Origin: an uncultured Candidatus Berkelbacteria bacterium
GTDB taxonomy: Bacteria > Patescibacteriota > UBA1384 > UBA12157
Length of the DNA stretch: 64,000 nt
Assembly: GCA_903877885.1 (NCBI GenBank)
Contig: CAIRFN010000004.1
Location: 19,869-83,868 of the forward strand
Direction of reading: 5' to 3'
Below the pieces are notes generated by a model. The model saw only the letters and a program-made list of their open reading frames with translations, ran no database searches and was not told the DNA's origin. This document shows positions 1-9,306 of the stretch, in pieces. The translations under genes and the position numbers were made by a program. Numbering within the stretch: position 1 is the stretch's first letter; every line of letters begins with the position of its first letter.

Positions 1-1
1 T

Positions 2-553
2 CAAGGCATTGACCTAAAAATTTTGCTGTGGCTAAATAATTTTGTCAGAAATTGGGGATTTTTAAATAAAATTTTTGCCGAATATTTGATTTATATTTTG
101 CCAATCGCTTTAATTTGGCTCTGGCTTTATGATTTGAAAGCCAAAAAAACCGCGCTGCGTGCATTGATTTCGGCCGGAGTGGCTTTTTTTGCCATTGCTC
201 ATACGATTGGTAAATTTATTCACCGAGCCAGACCAACCGATACTGGCGGTATTAAAGAACTTTTGTTTCATCGACCGGATTATTCTTTTCCGTCGGATCA
301 TGCGACGGTCTTTTTTGCCATTGCCGCTTCGTTTTACTTTTCCGGTAACAAAAAACTCGGTATTATTTTCTTCATTTTAGCGATTATTAACTCGACTTTT
401 AGAGTGGCCACTGGACTGCATTGGCCAACCGATGTAATTGCCGGCGCTGGCATTGGCATTTTGACATCCTATCTCGTTTATCTTTTCGACAAACCTTTAA
501 ATATTGTTTACGATTTTGTAATTAAGTTGGCGAAGAAAGTAAAATTGGCATGA
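2..553 (+). CDS. PAP2-family phosphatase (BcrC-like undecaprenyl-diphosphatase), probably 5'-truncated by the window edge
   Basis: PAP2 motifs RARP, SFPSDHA and RVATGLHWPTDV; frame is open to the window start. Confidence 0.85.
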   Translation, partial: QGIDLKILLWLNNFVRNWGFLNKIFAEYLIYILPIALIWLWLYDLKAKKTALRALISAGVAFFAIAHTIGKFIHRARPTDTGGIKELLFHRPDYSFPSDHATVFFAIAASFYFSGNKKLGIIFFILAIINSTFRVATGLHWPTDVIAGAGIGILTSYLVYLFDKPLNIVYDFVIKLAKKVKLA

Positions 554-1155
554 AAACATCAGAACGAAGTTTGTTAAATTACATTGCCTTTGGTATTTCG
601 GCGATTTTTAGTCCTTATGTGGCGGCGGCGATTTTTATTGTCTTGATCGTCTACAAATATTCGAATAATTTTGGTCAGTTTTTGCCTTGGATGATAACAT
701 TCTTCTTATTTGCCTTGGTTTTACCGGGACTTTATATTCTATGGCTATTGGAAGCGCGCAAAATTACTGATATTCATATGGCTGATCCTAATGAACGCAA
801 AACGCCTTTGATGCTGACGGCCATTTCCTCGATTGTTGGCTCAGTGATTTTATTTTATCTTCATGCTGCCAGACCGATTTTTATGATTTCGATTATTTAT
901 GCCGTAAACAGTTTAATGATTGGAATTGTAACTCAATGGTGGAAAATTAGTGTTCACACAGCTATGTTTGCCTCGATTGCCACGATTGCGGTAGTGATTT
1001 TTGGCGCGCAATTTTGGTGGTTGTATTTGATTTTATTGCCACTAGCCTGGTCCAGAATTTATCGCAAGCGCCATACGGTTTGGCAAACAATTTTCGGCGC
1101 CTCCGGCGCAACTCTAATTACTTTGCTAGTTTTTACAATTTTCGGATATATCTAA
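550..1155 (+). CDS. Multi-pass membrane protein, PAP2-related
   Basis: Several TM helices; KISVH and WSRIYRKRHT motifs resemble the PAP2 C-terminal motifs; ATGA overlap with the upstream gene. Confidence 0.6.
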   Translation: MKTSERSLLNYIAFGISAIFSPYVAAAIFIVLIVYKYSNNFGQFLPWMITFFLFALVLPGLYILWLLEARKITDIHMADPNERKTPLMLTAISSIVGSVILFYLHAARPIFMISIIYAVNSLMIGIVTQWWKISVHTAMFASIATIAVVIFGAQFWWLYLILLPLAWSRIYRKRHTVWQTIFGASGATLITLLVFTIFGYI

Positions 1156-1159
1156 ATTT

Positions 1160-1780
1160 ATGGCAACAATTATTTTATCGGCAATTGCTAACTGGATTAT
1201 GTCGGTTATTACTTCGCTTGGTTATGGCGGAGTAGTTTTGCTAATGGCCATCGAGTCGATGAATATTCCACTGCCTTCAGAAGTGATTATGCCGTTTGCT
1301 GGTTTTCAAGCGGCATTGGGCACAATGAACATTTGGTGGGCTGGGCTTGCTGGCGCCATCGGTTGCGTTTTAGGTTCTAGTCTTTCTTATTGGATTGGAA
1401 TGATTGGTGGTCGTCCGCTAATCGAAAAATACGGCAAATATATTTTAATTTCCCATCATGATTTAAATTTGGCCGAAAAATGGTTTGCCAAACACGGTGA
1501 GGTGACAGTCTTAGTTGGCCGACTTTTACCAGTTATTCGGACTTTTATTTCTTTTCCGGCTGGGATTACCAAAATGAATTTTCAACGATTTATTATATAT
1601 TCTTTTATTGGTTCTTTTCCATGGTGCGTGGCTTTAGCTTATTTAGGTCTTAAGCTAGGCGAAAATTGGGAATCGCTTCGAACTTATTTTCATGGTTTTG
1701 ACTGGGCAATTTTAGCTTTGCTTATTTTGGGAATTGTTTGGTATATCTGGCGACATATTAGAAATAGCCGAAAAAAATAA
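1160..1780 (+). CDS. DedA family membrane protein
   Basis: IPLPSEVIMPFAG and GRLLPVIRTFISFPAG DedA signatures. Confidence 0.9.
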   Translation: MATIILSAIANWIMSVITSLGYGGVVLLMAIESMNIPLPSEVIMPFAGFQAALGTMNIWWAGLAGAIGCVLGSSLSYWIGMIGGRPLIEKYGKYILISHHDLNLAEKWFAKHGEVTVLVGRLLPVIRTFISFPAGITKMNFQRFIIYSFIGSFPWCVALAYLGLKLGENWESLRTYFHGFDWAILALLILGIVWYIWRHIRNSRKK

Positions 1781-1804
1781 TTTGTCATCAATTCTAAATA
1801 TTTC

Positions 1805-1829
1805 AAAAAAGCGCCATCGGCGCTTTTTT
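1805..1829. terminator. Bidirectional intrinsic terminator
   Basis: aaaaaagcgcc-atc-ggcgctttttt between convergent genes. Confidence 0.75.
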
Positions 1830-1863
1830 GGTATCCATTTTTCATACTTCTTGATTCATACTT

Positions 1864-2955
1864 CTAATCTAATGCCATGTCATCTAAGTCGTCATTACCT
1901 CCCGCTGGAGTTGGATTTTTTTGACCGGAATTAAATTGAGTGTCTTCTGGAGTTTGGATCACATCAATTGAACTGCCAGAATTATTGTTGGGAATTGTTG
2001 GACTACTAGTTAAACCACTACCAGATATAATCGGCGCGGCTGGCATTGGTGTATTAGATTGGGTATTGGTTGGGTTGGAATCAATCGTAATTGGACTACT
2101 GACTGGTTGAGGTTGCGTTTGCCCCATCGGATTTGGAGTGGAAATATTAATCGAATTATCAGGAGTAACTGGAGTTGGCGCAACTGGTGCTGGCATCGGT
2201 GTTGGTGGAGTTGGCGGAATTGGGGTTGGTGCCGGATTTACTGGCGCTGGAGTCGGTTGCGATGTCGCTGGTGGTGCTGGGGCCCAAGCTGGTTTTTCAG
2301 TCGGTGTTGGTGTCGGTAGGGTTGGAGTTGAAACTGGTGAAGGCGTTGGTGCTGGAATGGCAACTGGAGTTGGAATTGGATTCGATGCCGGCGGTGTCCA
2401 AGGTTTGGATTGTGGCGCTGGTGTTGGTGTTGGCACTGAAATTGGATTTGGTATCGGAGTAGCTGGTGGGGTAGAACTACTAGAACTTGGTGACGGCGTT
2501 AAAGTGACTGGTTTGGGTGAAACTGGTTGAAAATTAATTTTTGGCGGAATATTAGTCGCTTGATTATTAGTGGAACTAGCTGAATTTTGATTACTTGGTG
2601 TAAAAACCGGTTTTGGAATACTGTTGAAAGTTGGTGGAATTGGCGGTGTCGGTTTGTTTTGATTAAAACTGGGCGCCGAAGGTTGATTTTGTTGGGAATT
2701 AGCGACCGGAATCATTGGTGTACGACCAACTCGGGATGGATCTTTGGAAATTTCTTTTTCAATATTAACCGAATTGATTGAACCGCCGGTTAAACTTTCT
2801 AGATATCGGACATCAATCACAGCCACAGCCGGTTTGCCACCTTTAGTTAAGATGTAAAGTTTGTCGCGCAAAACTTCGTTGACGATTTGCGAAAAATGAT
2901 CGCGTGCTTCGGTCAGTGGAATAATGTTTTCCAACGAGACTTTTAGATTAGCCAT
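1864..2955 (-). CDS. Phd/YefM antitoxin-like N-terminal domain fused to a long Pro/Thr/Ser/Asn-rich disordered tail
   Basis: IIPLTEARDHFSQIVNEV...ILTKGGKPAVAVI matches the Phd/YefM pattern; AGGAAGG RBS upstream. Confidence 0.7.
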   Translation of the reverse strand: MANLKVSLENIIPLTEARDHFSQIVNEVLRDKLYILTKGGKPAVAVIDVRYLESLTGGSINSVNIEKEISKDPSRVGRTPMIPVANSQQNQPSAPSFNQNKPTPPIPPTFNSIPKPVFTPSNQNSASSTNNQATNIPPKINFQPVSPKPVTLTPSPSSSSSTPPATPIPNPISVPTPTPAPQSKPWTPPASNPIPTPVAIPAPTPSPVSTPTLPTPTPTEKPAWAPAPPATSQPTPAPVNPAPTPIPPTPPTPMPAPVAPTPVTPDNSINISTPNPMGQTQPQPVSSPITIDSNPTNTQSNTPMPAAPIISGSGLTSSPTIPNNNSGSSIDVIQTPEDTQFNSGQKNPTPAGGNDDLDDMALD

Positions 2956-3023
2956 AAGACTTCCTTCCTTTTTGATTAGTGCTTTTTACTGTCCATTTTA
3001 ATCATATAACATATGCCTAACTA

Positions 3024-3052
3024 TTGACAAGAGCTGAAATATTTGTTACAAT
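3024..3052 (+). promoter_or_regulatory. Sigma70-type promoter for the small ORF at 3097
   Basis: TTGACA-17 bp-TACAAT with extended TG. Confidence 0.65.
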
Positions 3053-3096
3053 ACTATAATGCTTAAAAAATAACAAAGCGTTAAGGAGAGGAAAAA

Positions 3097-3213
3097 ATGA
3101 ACAAAGAATTTAATTGCCCAGTAGCCGAGCAACTTCCAGAAGAAGAGCTCGAAGCGATCGAAACTGAATATACGATTGCCCCTGATGGTTCAGTTGTCGA
3201 AGCCACTTGCTAA
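3097..3213 (+). CDS. Unannotated 38-aa acidic peptide MNKEFNCPVAEQLPEEELEAIETEYTIAPDGSVVEATC
   Basis: Own promoter, AAGGAGAGG RBS and a downstream terminator (aaaaatcagct...agctgattttttt, about 3240-3274). Confidence 0.7.
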   Translation: MNKEFNCPVAEQLPEEELEAIETEYTIAPDGSVVEATC

Positions 3214-3406
3214 ATAAGAACTCAAAATAGAAATTTTCAAAAAATCAGCTAACATCTCAACGAGCTGATTTTTTGTTGTCTTTTTCTCTCTTGAAAATAT
3301 CCGGTAAGGCGAGTATATTAAGTTTAAATGTGATCAGATTAAAGATTGCCGCGCTTGAATTGCCATTCATGCGCGCAATGACAAAATAACAAATCAGAGG
3401 AAAAAT

Positions 3407-4684
3407 ATGTTAAATTACCAACTAACAACTTTAGATAATGGTTTAAGAGTAATTACGGCGCCGGTTACGAGTACAAAAGCGGTGACCGCCTTGGTTTTGT
3501 TTGGCGTTGGTAGTCGCTATGAAGACAAAACCGAAAACGGGATCTCGCACTTTTTGGAACATATGTTTTTTAAAGGCACCGAAAAACGACCAACCACTTT
3601 GGACATTTCTCGCGAACTTGACAGTGTTGGTGCTGGTTATAATGCCTATACCGGCGAAGAATATACCGGCTATTTTGTGCGCGTGCCTTCGGAACATTTT
3701 ACTTTGGGCTTTGATGTTTTAACTGATATGCTTTTGAACTCCAAATTCGATGCCGAAGAACTGGCTAAGGAAAAAGGCGTTATTATTGAAGAAATTAATA
3801 TGTATAATGATGATCCAAAAGCCAAAGTTGATTTGGTTGCCAGAGAATTAGTTTATCCAGATCAACCGCTGGGCCGAAATATTGCTGGTGAAAAAGATAT
3901 TATCAAAAATATGACGAGCGAGAAAATGGTGGCCTACAAAAATAAATTTTACACGCCGGAAAACATTGTCGTCGCCATTGCTGGTGGTAAAGACTCGGTT
4001 GATTGGTTAAAAGCGGTTGAAGAAAAATTTGGCAAATTACCAAAAACCCAAAAAAACGAGTTTGCAAAAGTTACCGAAGCCCAAACCGAACCGGCTGTCA
4101 AAATTTTTGAAAAGACAACCGATCAAGCCAATTTTATTTTAGGTTTTCGTTCAATCGAACGAACCGATGACCGCCGTCCGATTCTGAAAGTTTTAACTAA
4201 TTTAATGGGTCAAATGATGTCTAGCCGACTTTTTATTGAGGTTCGAGAAAAGCGGGGACTTTGCTATTACATCAATGCCGATCAATACGAATTTCAAGAT
4301 GCCGGGTTTTGGGCAGTTTCGGCTGGCGTTGATTTAAATCGAATTAAAGAGGCGATTAAGGTCATTTTAGCCGAAGTTGAAAAATTAAAAACAGATTTGA
4401 TTACCGACGAAGAATTAAGCCGCGCCCGCGAAAACTTAAAAGGTCATTTATATTTGAATTTGGAAGAATCAATGGCTGTCGCCGACTTTTTGGCTGAACA
4501 AGAATTATTATGGAATAAGATTGAAGATCCGGAAGTGGTGGCTGGTAGATACGAAAAAGTTACCCGTGAAGAAATTCGCCAAATGGCTCAAGAATTTTTT
4601 ATTCCAGCCAATTTGAATTTGGCCATCGTCGGTCCATACAAAGACGATGAAAAGTTTAAAGAAATATTAAAAAATTTTAAATAA
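3407..4684 (+). CDS. M16 family (pitrilysin/insulinase-like) zinc peptidase
   Basis: HFLEH inverted zinc motif, NAYT, REKRGLCY. Confidence 0.92.
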   Translation: MLNYQLTTLDNGLRVITAPVTSTKAVTALVLFGVGSRYEDKTENGISHFLEHMFFKGTEKRPTTLDISRELDSVGAGYNAYTGEEYTGYFVRVPSEHFTLGFDVLTDMLLNSKFDAEELAKEKGVIIEEINMYNDDPKAKVDLVARELVYPDQPLGRNIAGEKDIIKNMTSEKMVAYKNKFYTPENIVVAIAGGKDSVDWLKAVEEKFGKLPKTQKNEFAKVTEAQTEPAVKIFEKTTDQANFILGFRSIERTDDRRPILKVLTNLMGQMMSSRLFIEVREKRGLCYYINADQYEFQDAGFWAVSAGVDLNRIKEAIKVILAEVEKLKTDLITDEELSRARENLKGHLYLNLEESMAVADFLAEQELLWNKIEDPEVVAGRYEKVTREEIRQMAQEFFIPANLNLAIVGPYKDDEKFKEILKNFK

Positions 4685-4692
4685 AGGAAAAC

Positions 4693-5295
4693 ATGTCAAA
4701 CAAAAACACCGAACGCACCGTGGTTTTTATTAAACCAGAATCAATCCAACGCCATTTGATCGGCGATTTTATGAACCGCTTTGAACGTCGTGGCTTAAAA
4801 TTAGTTGCTTGCAAATTAATTGCCCCAACCGCTGAACAGGTTGGTAAACATTATCCAGACGATGAGTCCTGGCTTATTCCGACTGGTGAAAAAGCTTTGA
4901 AAAGTTATCAAGAAAAAGGTATTGATACCGGAAAAACCGCGATTGAAACCGCTCAACTTATTCGCCAACGCTTGATTGAACATTTTGCTGATCGTCCGCT
5001 TTTAGTCACTGTTTGGGAAGGACCACACGCCGTGGCCATGGGTCGCAAAACCGCTGGCGCTACCAACTGTTTAGTCGCTGACGTTGGTTCAATTCGCGGT
5101 GATTACTCAATGGAAAGTTATGATTTGGCCGACGCACTCGAGCGACCAATTCATACTTTAGTTCATGCTTCCGGATCGGTTGAAGAAGCGCAACAAGAAA
5201 TGAAAATTTGGTTGACTGAAGATGAGATTTTGGACTATGATTTACTTGACGAAACCGTTATCTACGAAAAAGGTTGGGGAAAAGTAAAGAGGTAG
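4693..5295 (+). CDS. ndk: Nucleoside diphosphate kinase
   Basis: ERTVVFIKPE, GSIRGDY, LVHASGS catalytic His. Confidence 0.88.
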   Translation: MSNKNTERTVVFIKPESIQRHLIGDFMNRFERRGLKLVACKLIAPTAEQVGKHYPDDESWLIPTGEKALKSYQEKGIDTGKTAIETAQLIRQRLIEHFADRPLLVTVWEGPHAVAMGRKTAGATNCLVADVGSIRGDYSMESYDLADALERPIHTLVHASGSVEEAQQEMKIWLTEDEILDYDLLDETVIYEKGWGKVKR

Positions 5296-5903
5296 GAGGC
5301 CTTTTGTTTTACACGATTGAGGGAATCGATGGGGCAGGTTGCGGCGTGGTACGCCGCGCTTTAGAAAAACGTTTAACCGAAGAAAAAATTCCGTTTGAAA
5401 GTTTAAAATATCCAGTACCAAGTCTTCCTTTCGGTCGCGATATTTACGATTTTTTGGACTCTAAAATCGAAATGACTTCCGAAACGCAATTTATTGCCTT
5501 TATTGGTCAAATGGTGGCCGAAAAAGCCCGAATTCAAAAATTACGCCAAAAAGTGGTTATTGTTGACCGCTATTTACCTTGCACTTTGGTTTTTCAAGGC
5601 GCCAACGGTTTCCCTTTAAAAAAAGGTTTAGCCATGGCGAAATTGTTTGAACTGGAAAAGCCAGATCGAATTTTTTATTTACAACTTCCTTGGAAAGTCG
5701 CCTTTGAGCGTAAAAACAAAGAGGCGAGAGCCAGCGACCGTCACGAAAAAGATAAAAAATTATACCAAAAAACCAGCGAATTGTATGACGAGTTATCAAA
5801 CAAAAAAGTTTTCGGCTCTTGGCAAATAATCGATGCGACCCAAACACCGGAACAAGAAGCTGAAGAAATTTTAAAAAGAATTAAAAAAGACATAAAAAAA
5901 TAA
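5274..5903 (+). CDS. tmk: Thymidylate kinase family protein (atypical P-loop; true start probably near 5301-5304)
   Basis: IEGIDGAG, VDRY, KPD motifs; P-loop Lys replaced by Cys. Confidence 0.75.
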   Translation: MGKSKEVGGLLFYTIEGIDGAGCGVVRRALEKRLTEEKIPFESLKYPVPSLPFGRDIYDFLDSKIEMTSETQFIAFIGQMVAEKARIQKLRQKVVIVDRYLPCTLVFQGANGFPLKKGLAMAKLFELEKPDRIFYLQLPWKVAFERKNKEARASDRHEKDKKLYQKTSELYDELSNKKVFGSWQIIDATQTPEQEAEEILKRIKKDIKK

Positions 5904-5904
5904 A

Positions 5905-6999
5905 ATGATTCAAACCTATATTGCTCCAATTATTATCGCGGCGCTAATGACTTGCGGTTTAACTTATTCAGTTAAATTAATCGCCGAACATTTGGGCATT
6001 TTTGATCAGCCTAATGAACGACGGGTTAATACTAAAGCGATTCCGCGTTTAGGTGGTGTGGCGATTGTGATTGCCTTTTTGCTCACAACTTTAGGTTATG
6101 TTTTGGCTAGCCATCGCTTGGAATTCGATCACACCAAATTTTATATTTTTGATTTGAAATTAGTTGGGGTAATTTTCGGCGCGCTCGTTCTGCTGATTGT
6201 CGGTATTTTTGATGATATTCGTGGCATTAAACCGATTTTTAAACTGCTTTGGCATATTGTCGCGGCGACGATTGTGGTAGTTTTTGGTTTGACCATAAAT
6301 TATATTCGGCTGCCTGCTGGGCTCCATATCGAATTATCCAACTGGGTGATTCCGTTCCAACTTTTTCATCAGACTTTTAATTTTGTGGTTTGGGCGGATT
6401 TACTGACAGTTTTCTGGATTGTGTTGATGATTAATACTTTAAATTTTCTCGATGGACTTGACGGCCTGGCTAGTGGCGTTTCAGTTATCGCCGCCATTAG
6501 TATTTTCTTTTTGAGTTTATCTTTGGGACAAAACGCCGCCGCTTTATTAGCTTTGATTTTTGCCGGTTCCGTCTTGGGTTTTATTCCCTGGAATTTTAAT
6601 CCGGCCAAGATTTTTATGGGCGATTCTGGCAGTATGTTTTTAGGTTATCTACTCGGTGTTTTAGCCGTTATCTCTGGTGGAAAAGTGGCAACCGCTTTCT
6701 TAGTTTTAGGCATTCCGGTTTTGGATGTTGGTTGGGTCGCTTTGCGCCGCATTTTTACCGGTCATTCACCATTTCAGGCTGATAAATTTCATTTGCATCA
6801 TCGACTTTTAGCCGCGGGTTTGACCCAGCGTCAAGCGGTTTTAATGCTTTATTTAATTTCGGCCATTTTTGGCGGCATTGCCATCTTTAGCCAAACCGCT
6901 GGCAAAATCCAAGCGATTATCTGGTTACTTTTAGTCATGGGCGCTTTAGCAATTTTGTTAATTGTATTAGAATGGAAGAAGCGAGGTAAAAGTGTATAA
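5905..6999 (+). CDS. MraY/WecA/TagO-family undecaprenyl-phosphate GlcNAc-1-phosphate transferase
   Basis: IPRLGG, GIFDD, NFLDGLDGLA, FMGDSGS, HLHHRL motifs. Confidence 0.9.
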   Translation: MIQTYIAPIIIAALMTCGLTYSVKLIAEHLGIFDQPNERRVNTKAIPRLGGVAIVIAFLLTTLGYVLASHRLEFDHTKFYIFDLKLVGVIFGALVLLIVGIFDDIRGIKPIFKLLWHIVAATIVVVFGLTINYIRLPAGLHIELSNWVIPFQLFHQTFNFVVWADLLTVFWIVLMINTLNFLDGLDGLASGVSVIAAISIFFLSLSLGQNAAALLALIFAGSVLGFIPWNFNPAKIFMGDSGSMFLGYLLGVLAVISGGKVATAFLVLGIPVLDVGWVALRRIFTGHSPFQADKFHLHHRLLAAGLTQRQAVLMLYLISAIFGGIAIFSQTAGKIQAIIWLLLVMGALAILLIVLEWKKRGKSV

Positions 7000-7090
7000 G
7001 AAAAAAATCCAAAAAGCCGTTTTTGTACTAGTAATTGTGGTTTTAATCGTCGGCACCATCTTGCCATTTTTTACTAAATTATGGAAGTGA
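6992..7090 (+). CDS. Unannotated 32-aa single-TM miniprotein MYKKKIQKAVFVLVIVVLIVGTILPFFTKLWK
   Basis: GTG start with GAGGT RBS; basic N-terminus plus one hydrophobic helix; fills the gap between two co-oriented genes. Confidence 0.55.
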   Translation: MYKKKIQKAVFVLVIVVLIVGTILPFFTKLWK

Positions 7091-7095
7091 GCAAA

Positions 7096-7617
7096 ATGAA
7101 AAAATCAGAAAAAGAACTCGAGGTTGACAATCAACGACCAGATGAAATCGTAGTACTGCAAATGCGGCGCCATCCGTGGGTTCTATTTAATCCGTTTTTA
7201 GTTTTGTACGCGGTTTTAATCGGGACTTGGATTTTGATTTTGATTTTCGGCTGGCCGATTTTTATCATCTATTTTTCGATTATTGCCGTGGCTTTTATAA
7301 TTAGTTATGGCAGTATTGCCTGGTTTAGCTACACTCACGATTTATTTGTTTTGACCAATCAACGGATTATCAAAATCGACCAAAAAGGTTTGTTTAGTCG
7401 TAAAGTTTCCGAAACCGAATTAGATAATGCCATTAACGTTAATTATGAAATTCATGGCATGAGAAAAACCTTGATGAATTATGGCGATGTCAATGTTTCC
7501 ACGGTCGGCGATGAGGTTTCGATGATTGCCATTCATGATATTAGTAATCCTCATTTTGTCCAAGAACGCATTATTGATCTACACAAAAAATACAAAGCTC
7601 ACTTGAACTCTCAATAG
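7096..7617 (+). CDS. Membrane protein with bacterial PH domain
   Basis: RRHPW, two TM helices, LTNQRII...GLFSR...NYGDV pattern. Confidence 0.75.
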   Translation: MKKSEKELEVDNQRPDEIVVLQMRRHPWVLFNPFLVLYAVLIGTWILILIFGWPIFIIYFSIIAVAFIISYGSIAWFSYTHDLFVLTNQRIIKIDQKGLFSRKVSETELDNAINVNYEIHGMRKTLMNYGDVNVSTVGDEVSMIAIHDISNPHFVQERIIDLHKKYKAHLNSQ

Positions 7618-7623
7618 ACCAGA

Positions 7624-7653
7624 TTACCACCTTGGAGGTGGTAACATATGGTT
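7624..7653. repeat. REP-like palindrome, copy 1 (TTACCACCT-tgg-AGGTGGTAA-CATATGGTT)
   Basis: Near-identical copy at 32641-32670. Confidence 0.7.
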
Positions 7654-7656
7654 TAA

Positions 7657-7890
7657 TTATTTTTTTTCGAGTATTTTTTCGATTCTGGCTTTGTCAAAGC
7701 CGACGATTATTTCGTCGTCGATTTTAATAACCGGTACGCCCATTTGACCGGAAAGATCAATCATTTCTTTGGCTTTGGCTTGATCGAGTCCAACATTAAA
7801 ATCCTCAAACGGAATATTTTTGCCTTTGAAATAATTTTTGGCCAGCGTACACCACGGGCAACTTAAGGTTGAATAAATTGATATTTTCAT
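7657..7890 (-). CDS. Glutaredoxin-like protein (NrdH/YruB type)
   Basis: CPWC active site, SGQMGVPVI, IVGFD. Confidence 0.9.
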   Translation of the reverse strand: MKISIYSTLSCPWCTLAKNYFKGKNIPFEDFNVGLDQAKAKEMIDLSGQMGVPVIKIDDEIIVGFDKARIEKILEKK

Positions 7891-7900
7891 AAAATCCTTT

Positions 7901-8266
7901 TTAAAATTTCTTAGCTAATTTTTGGGCATAATCGCCAATAATTGGCAGTTTAAAACTTTCGCCTTGATAGGCCTTGATCATTAAAATAATCCAAGTGGCA
8001 AAGATGGCCGCCCAGAGTAAATACAAAAATGGTCCAAGTAAAAACCATAAGATAAAACCAAGAATCATCACGGCAATGTAAATAGCGGCCATGGCGACAT
8101 TAAACAGAATCGATTGCATGGCGTGAAACCGAACATAAGGATTTTTACTGGTGACAAAAAATACAATTCCGCCTACGAGCCAAAAAAAGTAACTCAAAGT
8201 GGCAGCTACTTTTAGATCAAGTGTATTCTTAATCGATGGTTTGTGTGGTTCGACATTCTCGCTCAT
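7901..8266 (-). CDS. DUF4870-like membrane protein
   Basis: VRFHAMQS and KAYQGESFKLPIIG pattern. Confidence 0.75.
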   Translation of the reverse strand: MSENVEPHKPSIKNTLDLKVAATLSYFFWLVGGIVFFVTSKNPYVRFHAMQSILFNVAMAAIYIAVMILGFILWFLLGPFLYLLWAAIFATWIILMIKAYQGESFKLPIIGDYAQKLAKKF

Positions 8267-8444
8267 TTTTCTCTCCTTATATATTTAGATTAAGGCAAAT
8301 TCGGCTTTGTGTCAATTGATATTATAATTGGCTTGTGAGTCGAGGTTTTTAGGATTAGAATAAAAGTAATAGTTCATAAGCAAGCGTAAAACCTCGAGCG
8401 GTTTAGCTCATGGAGCTTCATAAAAGAAAAAATCAAGGAGAACT

Positions 8445-9293
8445 ATGTCAGACGAAATTATTATTATTCAAAAAGAACTGGAAAAAATTAGACGGGTTGA
8501 GCAAGATATTGAATATTGGACGGCCAGAGATTTAATGCCGATGTTGGGCTATAAAAAGTGGTCAACTTTTTTAAAAGCTATCGATAGGGCAAAATCATCA
8601 TGCGAAAATAGTAGCCAAAACGTATTAGACCATTTTGCCGGCGCCGGCAAAATGGTTGTTCTTGGATCAGGTAGTCAAAGAGAAATTGAAGATTTTTTAC
8701 TCACTCGTTACGCTTGTTATTTAATAGCTCAAAACGGTGATCCCAGAAAACCGGAAATTGCTTTCGCGCAGACTTATTTCGCGATTCAGACTCGCAGACA
8801 GGAAATAAACGAACAACGAATTGAAGAAGATAAAAGACTCGAAGCTAGATATAAGCTAAAAGAAACCGAAGAAACAATCGAACAAACTGTGTACGAGCGC
8901 GGTATAAAATTACCAATAGAATTCGCAACTTTTAAAAATAAACATATCAAGGCGCTTTATGGCGGAATTGATGCTATCGATTTGAAGATAAAAAGAAATA
9001 TTCCAAAACATCGAGCTCTGGCTGATTTTGATAGTCATGTCGAACTTCGTGCAAAAGATTTTGCTTTAGCAATGACAGATCACAATATCAGAGAAAAGAA
9101 TTTGGTTGGTATTCCTAAACTCGAAAGTGAAGTTATGGCTAATAGCCATGCGACAAGAAAAACTTTAATTGAAAGAGGAATCAAACCAGAAAATTTGAGG
9201 CCTGAAGAAGATATAAAAAAGATCGAAAATAGACGAAAAAAGATTGAAAAATTGCAGAATAGTACAAATAAATATTTAACTGAAAAATTGTAA
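8445..9293 (+). CDS. dinD: DNA-damage-inducible protein D (DinD, BRO-like N-terminus)
   Basis: EYWTARDL...LTRYACYLIAQNGDPRKPEIAFAQTYFAIQTR signature. Confidence 0.85.
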   Translation: MSDEIIIIQKELEKIRRVEQDIEYWTARDLMPMLGYKKWSTFLKAIDRAKSSCENSSQNVLDHFAGAGKMVVLGSGSQREIEDFLLTRYACYLIAQNGDPRKPEIAFAQTYFAIQTRRQEINEQRIEEDKRLEARYKLKETEETIEQTVYERGIKLPIEFATFKNKHIKALYGGIDAIDLKIKRNIPKHRALADFDSHVELRAKDFALAMTDHNIREKNLVGIPKLESEVMANSHATRKTLIERGIKPENLRPEEDIKKIENRRKKIEKLQNSTNKYLTEKL

Positions 9294-9306
9294 AATAAAC
9301 TAAATC

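Noticed and set aside
2059-2781. Gly/Val- and Trp/Arg-rich plus-strand ORFs
   Set aside because: Antisense artefacts of the Pro-rich coding sequence
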